Of a DNA stretch of 64,000 nucleotides, positions 44,187 through 53,276 are shown in pieces (the first letter of the stretch is position 1; each line of letters starts with the position of its first letter). The notes under the pieces are model-generated. The model saw only the letters and a list, made by a program, of their open reading frames with translations, was not told the DNA's origin and did no database searches. The DNA comes from an uncultured Bacteroidales bacterium (GTDB lineage Bacteria; Bacteroidota; Bacteroidia; Bacteroidales; UBA10428): positions 221,899-285,898 of the forward strand of contig CAWGGG010000005.1 in NCBI GenBank assembly GCA_963822145.1. Direction: 5' to 3'. A program made the position numbers and the translations under genes.

Positions 44187-45452
44187 ATGAAAAAAGATAA
44201 AGTCTTACAGTCCTACAACGACGCGAAAGAACAATACGCTGCAATGGGTGTGGATACCGATGCTGCTTTAAGAAAACTTGACCAGGTGAAAATCAGCCTG
44301 CACTGCTGGCAAACCGATGATGTCGGCGGTTTTGAAACACCTGATGCCGTGTTGGGAGGCGGAGGCATTCAGGCCACTGGTAATTATCCCGGGAAGGCGC
44401 GCACCATTGATCATCTTCGGCAGGACATTGAAAAGGTAATGTCCCTTTTACCCGGTAAACAACGCCTTAATCTGCATGCCATCTATGGCGATTTCAAGGG
44501 TGAGAAGGTGGATCGCGACCAGATTGAAGTAAGGCACTTCCAGAGCTGGATCGACTGGGCTAAAAAGCATGAAACAGGACTCGATTTCAATCCCACTTGC
44601 TTTTCACATCCTTATGCCGATGACGGCTTCACCCTGTCGAGCAAGAATGAGAAATACCGCAAATTCTGGATTGAGCATACAAAACGCACACGGAAAATTG
44701 CGGCTGAAATGGGGAAGCAATTGGGCACACCCTCGGTGAACAACATCTGGATTCCCGATGGGTCAAAAGACATTCCTGTGGACAGAAATGCACACCGAAC
44801 CCTGCTGAAGCAATCTCTTGATGAGATATTTAAGGAGGAATACCCGAAGCAGTACCTGAAAGACGCGGTGGAAAGCAAATTGTTCGGCATTGGTTCAGAG
44901 TCTATGGTGGTGGGATCAGCCGAGTTTTACCTGGGCTATGCGATCAAAAACAACAAGCTTATCTGTCTGGATAACGGTCATTTTCACCCCACAGAGCAGG
45001 TAGGTGACAAAATTTCTTCGGTGCTGCAATATGTGGATGAGTTGTTGCTTCACGTGACCCGCGGTGTCAGATGGGACAGTGACCATGTGGTGATCTTCAA
45101 CGACGAGATCCAGTTGATCGCCCAGGAAATAGTACGCTGCAATGCTTTGCACCGGGTGAATGTCGGGCTTGACTATTTCGACGCCAGCCTGAACCGTATC
45201 GGCGCTTACGTGATTGGAACACGTGCTGCCCAGCTGGCGTTCCTGTATGCCTTGCTTGAACCTGCAGAAACCCTGAAAAAATATGAAGAAACCGGGCAGA
45301 ATTTTGAACGGCTGGCATTGATGGAGGTCATGAAAACCAAGCCCCTGGGAGCTGTTTACAATTACTATTGTCTCATCAACAATATTCCGGTCGCTGAGGA
45401 TTATATCTCAGAGGTTCAGCAGTATGAGAAGGAGGTTTTAAGCAGAAGATAG
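44187..45452 (+). CDS. rhaA: L-rhamnose isomerase
   Basis: 421 aa. ISLHCWQTDDVGGFE and the overall pattern are typical of RhaA, and the gene sits in a rhamnose cluster. Confidence 0.9.
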   Translation: MKKDKVLQSYNDAKEQYAAMGVDTDAALRKLDQVKISLHCWQTDDVGGFETPDAVLGGGGIQATGNYPGKARTIDHLRQDIEKVMSLLPGKQRLNLHAIYGDFKGEKVDRDQIEVRHFQSWIDWAKKHETGLDFNPTCFSHPYADDGFTLSSKNEKYRKFWIEHTKRTRKIAAEMGKQLGTPSVNNIWIPDGSKDIPVDRNAHRTLLKQSLDEIFKEEYPKQYLKDAVESKLFGIGSESMVVGSAEFYLGYAIKNNKLICLDNGHFHPTEQVGDKISSVLQYVDELLLHVTRGVRWDSDHVVIFNDEIQLIAQEIVRCNALHRVNVGLDYFDASLNRIGAYVIGTRAAQLAFLYALLEPAETLKKYEETGQNFERLALMEVMKTKPLGAVYNYYCLINNIPVAEDYISEVQQYEKEVLSRR

Positions 45453-45520
45453 TGATTAGTGACTAGTGACTTGTGACTAGTGACTAGTCACCAATCACTC
45501 TTCACTCTTCACAATTCACT
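45451..45520. repeat. heptamer arrays in head-to-head inversion: (AGTGACT)x5 then (NNTCACN)x5
   Basis: agtgatt agtgact agtgact tgtgact agtgact | agtcacc aatcact cttcact cttcaca attcact. It starts inside the rhaA stop codon and ends 10 nt before the next ATG. Confidence 0.9.
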
Positions 45521-45530
45521 TTTTTAAAAA

Positions 45531-46901
45531 ATGCTACAAGAAGTAATAGCCATATTTGATATCGGGAAGACAAACAAGAAATTTCTTTTGTTTGATGCAG
45601 CATTGAACCTGGTTCACCAGGAGGAAGGGACTTTCCCTGAGATTTTGGATGAGGAGGGATTTTCATGCGATGATGTGTTACTGCTGGAAAACTGGATGTG
45701 GAAAACCCTTTCCGCCGCTGTCAGTAATGGAGCCTACCTCGTTAAAGCGGTAAATTTCACTTCTTACGGGGCCAGCCTGATGCATCTAGATGCTGAAGGA
45801 AAAAAGCTAACACCTGTATATAATTACCTGAAGCCGATGCCTGAAGGTGTATTGGAGGGCTTTTATGAAACATGGGGCGGGATAGAGGAATTCAGCCGAA
45901 AAACCGCATCACCGGCACTGGGGATGCTGAATTCAGGCCTTCAGATCCTGTGGCTGAAAAGAAAGAAACCAACGCTTTTTGCAAAGATCAAGGCGGTTTT
46001 GCATTTCCCCCAGTTCCTAAGTTATTGTTTTACAAATACCATTGCATCAGAGTATACCTCCATCGGTTGTCATACGGCCATGTGGGATTTTGACAACAAA
46101 TGCTTCCATCCCTGGCTGGCACACGAGGGGATTACACTGCCCAGCCCGGTTTCCAATGCAACGGTGCTGGATGTTGCCATTGACGGCCACAGGGTGCAAG
46201 CGGGTATTGGTATTCATGACAGTTCTTCCTCACTGGTTCCCTATTTGAAAGGAAGCAAGGAAGAATTTATACTCATCTCCACGGGTACCTGGTGTATTTT
46301 TATGAATCCTTTCAATCCTGAACCCCTTACGCCCGGGCAGCTACAACGGGACTCTTTGTGCTATATGAGCATTCAGCAGCAGCAGGTGAAATCTTCGCGC
46401 CTGTTCCTGGGCCATATTCATGATGCACACGTGGAAAAACTAAACAAACACTTTGGCGTTGTCAGGGAGCACTATAAATCAATTAAAACTACCAGCGAGA
46501 AGGTCAGCAGGTTGTTGATGAACAGCAGGGGTAGGGTGTTTTTCAGGCAGGGAGTGCCGGCAGATTATGTTGATTCGTCAGTGAGCCTTTCTCAATTCCT
46601 GACTTTTGCCGATGCGTATCACCAGCTCATGGCCGACCTGGTGGATCTGTGTTTGGAATCCCTGGATCTTATAATACCCGTGGAAGATCATACCAAAACG
46701 GTTTATGTTTCAGGCGGTTTTGCGCGAAATGAGTTATTCGTCAGGTTACTTGCTGCCCGTCTGCCAGGCAAAAAGGTTTACACCTCCGAAGTCGACAATG
46801 CCACCGCACTGGGAGCAGCCATGGTGGTTTATGAAGCTGCTTTTGGCAGCGAAATACCGTCAATTGATCTTGGTTTGAATCTAGTACAAGGAATACTATA
46901 A
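45531..46901 (+). CDS. FGGY-family carbohydrate kinase (putative rhamnulokinase)
   Basis: 456 aa. N-terminal AIFDIGKTNKKFLLFD (actin-like ATPase phosphate-1) and C-terminal VYVSGGFARNELFVRLLA. Position after rhaA. Confidence 0.65.
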   Translation: MLQEVIAIFDIGKTNKKFLLFDAALNLVHQEEGTFPEILDEEGFSCDDVLLLENWMWKTLSAAVSNGAYLVKAVNFTSYGASLMHLDAEGKKLTPVYNYLKPMPEGVLEGFYETWGGIEEFSRKTASPALGMLNSGLQILWLKRKKPTLFAKIKAVLHFPQFLSYCFTNTIASEYTSIGCHTAMWDFDNKCFHPWLAHEGITLPSPVSNATVLDVAIDGHRVQAGIGIHDSSSSLVPYLKGSKEEFILISTGTWCIFMNPFNPEPLTPGQLQRDSLCYMSIQQQQVKSSRLFLGHIHDAHVEKLNKHFGVVREHYKSIKTTSEKVSRLLMNSRGRVFFRQGVPADYVDSSVSLSQFLTFADAYHQLMADLVDLCLESLDLIIPVEDHTKTVYVSGGFARNELFVRLLAARLPGKKVYTSEVDNATALGAAMVVYEAAFGSEIPSIDLGLNLVQGIL

Positions 46902-46904
46902 TAA

Positions 46905-46976
46905 GTCGTGCAGTCCTGCAGTCCTGCAGTCGTGCAGTCTATATTCGCGGATCGCAAGACCGCAAGACCGCAAGAC
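46905..46976. repeat. two octamer arrays: (GTCSTGCA)x4 and (CGCAAGAC)x3, near-complementary
   Basis: gtcgtgca gtcctgca gtcctgca gtcgtgca (46905-46936) ... cgcaagac x3 (46953-46976). The reverse complement of the second unit, gtcttgcg, matches the first unit at 6 of 8 positions. Confidence 0.9.
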
Positions 46977-47016
46977 TTTAAAACTGCATAACAAAATAAA
47001 CTATTTAAAGATCCGT

Positions 47017-48108
47017 ATGAAAAACTTCAGACTTTATTACTGGGTGTTCCTGCTGATGGCCTCGTGTTCAATCCCCGCAACAGAATCCTGGCAGCTGGGG
47101 AAATTCGAGAAACCGGCAGATAACCCGATCCTTACCGCCGACAGTACCTACACCTTCCTCTGTCCGGTAAGGAAAGTCCTGGTTCGCTGGCAGAAAGCCG
47201 ATGTGTTTAATCCGGCTGCCATAGTGAAAGACGGCAAGGTCTATGTTCTTTTCCGCGCCGAAGACAACCCGGCTGCCGGGATCGGCGGTCGAACCTCCAG
47301 GATCGGCCTGGCAGTCAGTGATGACGGCATTCATTTTGAAAAGATGAAGGAGCCGGTGTTATATCCCGACAGCAGTGAATTCATGCAGTATGATTTCCCG
47401 GGAGGCTGTGAAGATCCGAGAATAGTGGAAAGCGAGGACGGCCTTTATGTACTGGTCTATACCAGCTGGAACACCAAAGTGGCCCGGCTGAGCATTGCCA
47501 TCTCCCGAGACCTGATCCATTGGGAAAAGAAAGGGCCCGCCTTTACAAAAGCCTACAATGGAAAGTTTATGAATATCTGGTCAAAATCAGGATCCATAGT
47601 AACTGAATTGAAAGATGGTAAACTGGTAGCCGCTAAAATTCAAGGTAAATACTGGATGTACTGGGGAGAGGCATTTGTGAATGTGGCCACTTCTGATAAT
47701 CTGATCGACTGGACCCCCATGGTGGATGGCCAGGGCGAACTTCTGAGGCTCATCAGTCCCCGTAAAAACAAGTTCGACAGCCACCTGACCGAATGCGGCC
47801 CCCCTGCCCTGATTACAGAAAAGGGTATTTTGCTGTTGTACAACGGGAAAAACGCTGAAGGAGAAAATGCTGATCCTTCGATACCCGAGAACACCTATTG
47901 TGGCGGACAGGTGCTGTTCGCCAAGGATGACCCGACAAAAGTCATTGCCAGGGCAGATACCTATTATATAAAGCCCGATCTGCCGCATGAGATCTCCGGC
48001 CAGTACAAGGCCGGAACGACGTTCACGGAAGGACTGGTGTTTTTCAGGGGCAGATGGTTCCTGTATTATGGTACAGCGGACTCGATGGTGGGATTGGCCA
48101 TTAAGTAG
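47017..48108 (+). CDS. glycoside hydrolase family 130 protein (secreted subgroup)
   Basis: Signal/lipoprotein peptide. GH130-like blocks VFNPAAIVKDGKVYVLFRAED, GGCEDPRIV and FLYYGTADS. Confidence 0.8.
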   Translation: MKNFRLYYWVFLLMASCSIPATESWQLGKFEKPADNPILTADSTYTFLCPVRKVLVRWQKADVFNPAAIVKDGKVYVLFRAEDNPAAGIGGRTSRIGLAVSDDGIHFEKMKEPVLYPDSSEFMQYDFPGGCEDPRIVESEDGLYVLVYTSWNTKVARLSIAISRDLIHWEKKGPAFTKAYNGKFMNIWSKSGSIVTELKDGKLVAAKIQGKYWMYWGEAFVNVATSDNLIDWTPMVDGQGELLRLISPRKNKFDSHLTECGPPALITEKGILLLYNGKNAEGENADPSIPENTYCGGQVLFAKDDPTKVIARADTYYIKPDLPHEISGQYKAGTTFTEGLVFFRGRWFLYYGTADSMVGLAIK

Positions 48109-48160
48109 TTTCGAACTACATGATCATCGCCATGTACAAAACAATATAAAATAATTGACT

Positions 48161-50938
48161 ATGCGTAAATCATTATTCCTGGTTCTTATTTTTGGTATCA
48201 TAACTTTATGGGTTGAAGCCAAAATCACGCCAGGTCAATTAAAGTGCGAATATCTGGAGAATCCTCAGGTTGTGGATGTTCTTAATCCTCGTCTTTCCTG
48301 GGTGAATACTGCAGAAGAAGGAGAGCGCGGCCAGGTTCAGACTGCCTGGGAGATCAGGGTTGCAGGTTCAAGGGATAAGCTGCTGAACAACCAGGCCGAT
48401 TTGTGGACCAGCGGCAAGGTGATATCCAATCAGTCCGTCAATATTCAGTATAACGGAAAGCCATTGACATCCAGGCAGGATTGCTGGTGGCAGGTGAGAA
48501 CATGGGATATAAACGGGGAAGTATCAGACTGGAGTGAACCTTCGTTTTGGAGCATGGGACTGCTGAAAGCCGAAGAATGGAAAGCACAATGGATCGGAGC
48601 GCCATGGCAGGGAGAAGAAGTATTGCCGGACCCGCAAAGCAGGAGGCCCGGACAGGAAGCACCCGCGGTTAAAAGAGAATTACCGCCTCCGGCTCCCATG
48701 TTACGGAAATCATTTACAGTTAACAAGGAAGTGGCATCCGCCCGTGCCTATGTGACCGGACTGGGTTATTTCGAGTTTTATATAAATGGCGAAAAAGTGA
48801 GCGATGATGTATTGGTCCCCAACCTCACCCTCTATGGGAAACGCCCCGGATTGGAAAATAACTACATTTCAGTACCGGATAATTTCAGGGAATACAGGGT
48901 AATGTACTTGTCCTATGACATTAAGGAACTGTTGAAAAAAGGGGAGAATGTTGCCGGTGCATGGGTTGGCAATGGTTTCTATAATGCTCCGATTAACTGG
49001 ACCCAATCCTATGGTTCTCCAAGGTTTTTAAGTCAAATCTACATTACTTATACCGATGGTACGGAAGATGTAATCGTCAGCGACCAGAGCTGGAAAGCAT
49101 CAAAAAGTCCGATCGTGATGGATCTGGTTTATGACGGGGAGCATTATGATGCCCGATTGGAACAGCCGGGCTGGTGCAGTCCGGGTTTTGACGATTCAAC
49201 ATGGGAGCAGGCAGCCATCAGGAAAACCCCGGAGGGTAAGATGAAGGCACATATGTCGCCCACCGACAAGGTGATGGAACGATTGAAGCCGGTTTCAATA
49301 ATTAAAAATGCAGATGGCAAATATTATGTGGATTTCGGAGAGGAAATTTCAGGATGGATCAGCATTTCCGTTAAAGGTGATTCTGGCCGGGTAATCGATT
49401 TTGATTATATATGTGAATCTCCCGTCGGAGAGAATACATACACCTTAAAAGGAGGAGATACCGAAACCTACGCGGCGCATTTCACATGGTTTGTTTTCAG
49501 GGTTGTTGTAGTAAGCAACTGGCCGGGAAATCTGAGTGCAGATCAGATCACTGCGGAAGCTGTTTATTCAGATGTAGAGACAACCGGAAAATTCGAATCT
49601 TCTAATGATTTATTCAATAAAATTAATAAGATCTGGTGGCGCAGCCAGACCGATAACATGCATGGCGGAATTGCCAGCGATTGCCCGCATCGTGAGCGAT
49701 CACCCTATACAGGCGACGGACAGGTGGCCTGCGTTACCGTCATGCACAATTTTGATGCCCGTGCATTCTATACCAAATGGATACAGGATATTCTCGGTTC
49801 CCAGATCGCTGAAACCGGATATGTCCCCAACGGAGCTCCCTGGCAACCGGGTTGCGGCGGAGGGGTAGCCTGGGGCGCTGCCATCAGTATCATGCCCTGG
49901 GAATTTTATCTGCATTACGGTGATACCGATATGCTGAAGAACAACTATGAAGGCATGAAGGGTTATATCAGATACATGCTAACCTGGACGAATGAGAACG
50001 GGATTATGTTCTCGCAGGCGCCTGATACGGCGAGACCAAACCGGTGGCTGAACCTGGGGGACTGGTGTACTCCCGGTAAATTGCCTCCGGATGACATGGT
50101 GCATACCTTTTATCTATGGAGATGTGCCGATTTGACTGCCCAAACAGCAAAGGTGTTAGGAAAGACCGCGGAAGCAGAAGAATACAGCAAGCTGGCGGAG
50201 AAAGTCAGGAAAGCTTTCCAGCAAAAGTATTATGATACGAAAAAGGGAACCTATGGTCCCCATGGAGGCAATATTTTTGCGCTGAAGATGGGCGTACCTG
50301 CTGATCAATATCCGAAAGTAATAGCTGCCCTGAAATCAGACATTGCTGCAAACGGCGGACATCTGGATACCGGAATATTCGGGACCCAGTTCCTTTTTGA
50401 GGTGCTGTCTGAAAACGGACTTCATGAACTGGCATACGAAGCCATGAATAAAAAAACACAACCGGGCTATGGCTGGTGGATTGAACAGGGTGCAACAACA
50501 ACCTGGGAGCGGTGGGACGGTGATGGCTCCCGCAACCATCCCATGTTTGGGGGCGGTATTGTTTGGTTCTATCGTGTACTTGCCGGCATGATCACCGATC
50601 CTTTAAAGCCAGGCTACGCGCATATCATTTACAAGCCGCAGCCGGCAGGAGATGTTACCTTTGCTTCATACTCCAACGAAACACCCTTTGGCACGGCAGC
50701 AATAAACTGGAAAAGGGAAGCCGGTGCATTTAAATTGGATATTCATGTCCCGGTGGGAAGTACGGCCACGGTTTATGTGCCGGCATCCGGCATAAAATAT
50801 GTTACTGAAAGCGGAACAGAAATAAAGGGAAAAAGTGCAGTGCGTTTTCAAAAGATGGAAAACGGGTATGCCATTTTTGCTGTTGGCTCAGGCGATTATT
50901 CCTTTGACTCACAAGATAACCAAAACCTGTTAAAATGA
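48161..50938 (+). CDS. alpha-L-rhamnosidase (GH78)
   Basis: ~925 aa with a signal peptide from ATG 48161. GH78-like N-terminal block PRLSWV...QTAWEIRVA and an (alpha/alpha)6 catalytic region (DCPHRERSPYTGD). Confidence 0.85.
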   Translation: MRKSLFLVLIFGIITLWVEAKITPGQLKCEYLENPQVVDVLNPRLSWVNTAEEGERGQVQTAWEIRVAGSRDKLLNNQADLWTSGKVISNQSVNIQYNGKPLTSRQDCWWQVRTWDINGEVSDWSEPSFWSMGLLKAEEWKAQWIGAPWQGEEVLPDPQSRRPGQEAPAVKRELPPPAPMLRKSFTVNKEVASARAYVTGLGYFEFYINGEKVSDDVLVPNLTLYGKRPGLENNYISVPDNFREYRVMYLSYDIKELLKKGENVAGAWVGNGFYNAPINWTQSYGSPRFLSQIYITYTDGTEDVIVSDQSWKASKSPIVMDLVYDGEHYDARLEQPGWCSPGFDDSTWEQAAIRKTPEGKMKAHMSPTDKVMERLKPVSIIKNADGKYYVDFGEEISGWISISVKGDSGRVIDFDYICESPVGENTYTLKGGDTETYAAHFTWFVFRVVVVSNWPGNLSADQITAEAVYSDVETTGKFESSNDLFNKINKIWWRSQTDNMHGGIASDCPHRERSPYTGDGQVACVTVMHNFDARAFYTKWIQDILGSQIAETGYVPNGAPWQPGCGGGVAWGAAISIMPWEFYLHYGDTDMLKNNYEGMKGYIRYMLTWTNENGIMFSQAPDTARPNRWLNLGDWCTPGKLPPDDMVHTFYLWRCADLTAQTAKVLGKTAEAEEYSKLAEKVRKAFQQKYYDTKKGTYGPHGGNIFALKMGVPADQYPKVIAALKSDIAANGGHLDTGIFGTQFLFEVLSENGLHELAYEAMNKKTQPGYGWWIEQGATTTWERWDGDGSRNHPMFGGGIVWFYRVLAGMITDPLKPGYAHIIYKPQPAGDVTFASYSNETPFGTAAINWKREAGAFKLDIHVPVGSTATVYVPASGIKYVTESGTEIKGKSAVRFQKMENGYAIFAVGSGDYSFDSQDNQNLLK

Positions 50939-51123
50939 AATCAATCAACCGAAGACAATTTGTAACCCGAATGTCAATGTCGGCAGCCGCTGCCATCACA
51001 TATACAAAAATTGGGTATGCGACTCCCTTGTATTTCGCAAAGCGCATTGATACAACATGCGAGGTGATTAATGACAGGTTCAAAGACGAACTGGCTATGT
51101 GGAGATCGCTTGGAAGATTATAA
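50935..51123 (+). CDS. 62-aa ORF with Tat-like signal; possible 5' stub of a lost gene
   Basis: ATGA overlap with the GH78 stop. MKSINRRQFVTRMSMSAAAAITY looks like a twin-arginine leader, but the ORF ends after 62 codons and is followed by ~190 nt of AT-rich non-coding DNA. Confidence 0.3.
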   Translation: MKSINRRQFVTRMSMSAAAAITYTKIGYATPLYFAKRIDTTCEVINDRFKDELAMWRSLGRL

Positions 51124-51317
51124 TTAATAAAAATGAGTATCGGCCAAGAGTAATAATCACTATTTTATTATCATTTTTATCAGGTTTACATCATGCATTA
51201 AACAAACTCAAACACAATGCATGCGGAGCAAAGAAACAAAAACCTTATTCAGACGGTTTGCCGTTCAAACGAAGGCGAAAGCCGGAGTGCGTTCAAACCG
51301 TCAGTCTTCTAATGTTT

Positions 51318-52073
51318 TTAAACATTATTCATCATCCAGGCTTTAAATTCCGCTGCTTTGTTTTTACTGATATAGATCCTTTCGGGTGGATCGATATCAA
51401 GGGTTATAAGCAAACGGCTGTCAAACCAGATCGTAATATTCTTAACGCTGTTACGGGCAAGGATAAATTGTTTATTCGCCCGAATGAATTCACCGGGATC
51501 CAAGGAAACTGATATCTGTTCCAGGGTCTTGCAGTAAGGATAATACCTGCCGTCTTTCAAATATACACGTGTGTTTTTATCAGTTGTGTAGAAGCAGGAG
51601 ATCTCATGGAGATCTACTGGCAGTAACTGATCCTTTACAGGTATCAGGAGCTTTTCCTTATGTCTGGAAACTGGCTGTAAATGCATTAAATGAGAAAGAT
51701 ATTGAACGATATCCTGTCGTGTCCATTTTTTAAACTTCTCTAGGGCGCACCTCAATTCTTCTACCTTAATGGGTTTAAGAAGATAATCAATGCTGTTTAC
51801 CTTAAAGGCTTCAATGGCATATTCATCATAGGCAGTCGTAAAAATGACAGGAGTTTCCAGTTGAATGTTTTTGAAAATGGAGAATGCAGATCCATCAGAT
51901 AAATGAATATCCATTAATATCAGATCTGGCAAAGGATTGGTTTGTAACCAATGGATAGTCTGGCTTATGCTTTCTGTATTTCCCGCAATCTGAATGGCAG
52001 GATCTAATTCTGCCAGTATATCCACCAGGTTTTCGTAAGCTGCAGTTTCATCTTCAACTATTAGTACTCTCAT
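51318..52073 (-). CDS. LytTR family response regulator
   Basis: REC domain (MRVLIVEDETAA...LMDIHLSDGS) and LytTR domain (FIRANKQFIL). Confidence 0.85.
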   Translation of the reverse strand: MRVLIVEDETAAYENLVDILAELDPAIQIAGNTESISQTIHWLQTNPLPDLILMDIHLSDGSAFSIFKNIQLETPVIFTTAYDEYAIEAFKVNSIDYLLKPIKVEELRCALEKFKKWTRQDIVQYLSHLMHLQPVSRHKEKLLIPVKDQLLPVDLHEISCFYTTDKNTRVYLKDGRYYPYCKTLEQISVSLDPGEFIRANKQFILARNSVKNITIWFDSRLLITLDIDPPERIYISKNKAAEFKAWMMNNV

Positions 52074-52080
52074 GTTAATG

Positions 52081-53088
52081 CTATTTTAGCGGAAGATAAA
52101 CATGAAATATCTTCCCGTCATTTTCAATTCGGATCTGTTTGTTCATTAAAAGTGAAAACCGGTTTTCAAGATTTTTGAGTCCTATTCCATTGGTGTCAGG
52201 CGGTGCCAGTTTTGGAAAAACAGGATTGGAAACTACCAGTTCCATTTGGGCGTTTAACCGGATATTGACCACCATTTTATGTTCACTGTCAATGATATTG
52301 TGCACAACCACATTATCTATCAGCGGAAGTAAAGTAAGAATGGGTATTTTAAGGTTCATTTTATCGCTTTCCACATCAACAACAAATGAAAGTTTGTTGG
52401 CGAAACGGACTTCCATCATATAGCGGAAAGACTGCATAAACTCCAGTTCTTCTTCCAGTGTGACCAGGCCTTTTTTTTCACTTTGAAGGATATAGCGGAA
52501 GACATCCGAAAGTTTATTTACGTAGGCCAATGTGGTTTCCTCGTTCTTTTTCCTGATCAAAGAAGTAAGGCCATTCAGGGAATTAAAGAAAAAATGCGGG
52601 TTGATCTGATTGGTCAGCGCATCATATCGGCTTTGCAGGTTTTCGATTTTCAACTGTTCGATCTCCAGCTCTTTTCTTCTTTTCTCATAATACAACAGTG
52701 CAACATGTCCTATCAGTGTACTAAGAATCCAGGTGACGAAGAACTGAAAGAGCAGGGTGCCGGTAAAACAATCGTGCTTATAACCGGAAAGGAAGGAAAT
52801 GCCAATATATACCAGGTAACCTATCCCGGTGATCAGAAACGTGTAACGTAACCGTGCTTTAAAAACCGGGGTATTAATTTTCCTCAGGTTATAATACAAT
52901 AAAGTCCAGATAAGGATCAGAAAGAAAAAATACCGGTAAATAAAAAACAGAATATAAGCAGTATGTTCTGATTGATCTAAAAAACGAAATTCCCACGGGA
53001 AGTAAGCAATGTTGATATAAATGATGATAACTGCACCGAGCAGGCTAACCAGCAGAAGTTTGTACGCGGTTGTATTCTTGTCTAGCAT
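52081..53088 (-). CDS. LytS/YehU-type sensor histidine kinase
   Basis: TM-rich N-terminus, QINPHFFFNSLNGL His-kinase region and an ATPase domain. It lies 7 nt upstream of its response regulator. Confidence 0.8.
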   Translation of the reverse strand: MLDKNTTAYKLLLVSLLGAVIIIYINIAYFPWEFRFLDQSEHTAYILFFIYRYFFFLILIWTLLYYNLRKINTPVFKARLRYTFLITGIGYLVYIGISFLSGYKHDCFTGTLLFQFFVTWILSTLIGHVALLYYEKRRKELEIEQLKIENLQSRYDALTNQINPHFFFNSLNGLTSLIRKKNEETTLAYVNKLSDVFRYILQSEKKGLVTLEEELEFMQSFRYMMEVRFANKLSFVVDVESDKMNLKIPILTLLPLIDNVVVHNIIDSEHKMVVNIRLNAQMELVVSNPVFPKLAPPDTNGIGLKNLENRFSLLMNKQIRIENDGKIFHVYLPLK

Positions 53089-53276
53089 ATTTGATTTTTT
53101 CTCATCAAAGCTAAGTTAAAGCTATTATTTCAGCCTTAAATCGTTGTGAAAAGGTTTTACAAATATGATAGAATCAAACCAAAGAAGGACTTACATCAGG
53201 CGTGAAAAGGAAAAAAAAGGAATAATCACGAATATAGATAATAACGGAACGCTTTCAGGTCATCAACGGTTTTAAA

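Noticed and set aside
51099-51512. 137-aa plus-strand ORF spanning the AT-rich gap and the 3' end of the LytTR gene.
   Set aside because: It overlaps the convincing minus-strand response-regulator gene in antisense, and it has no motifs and odd composition.
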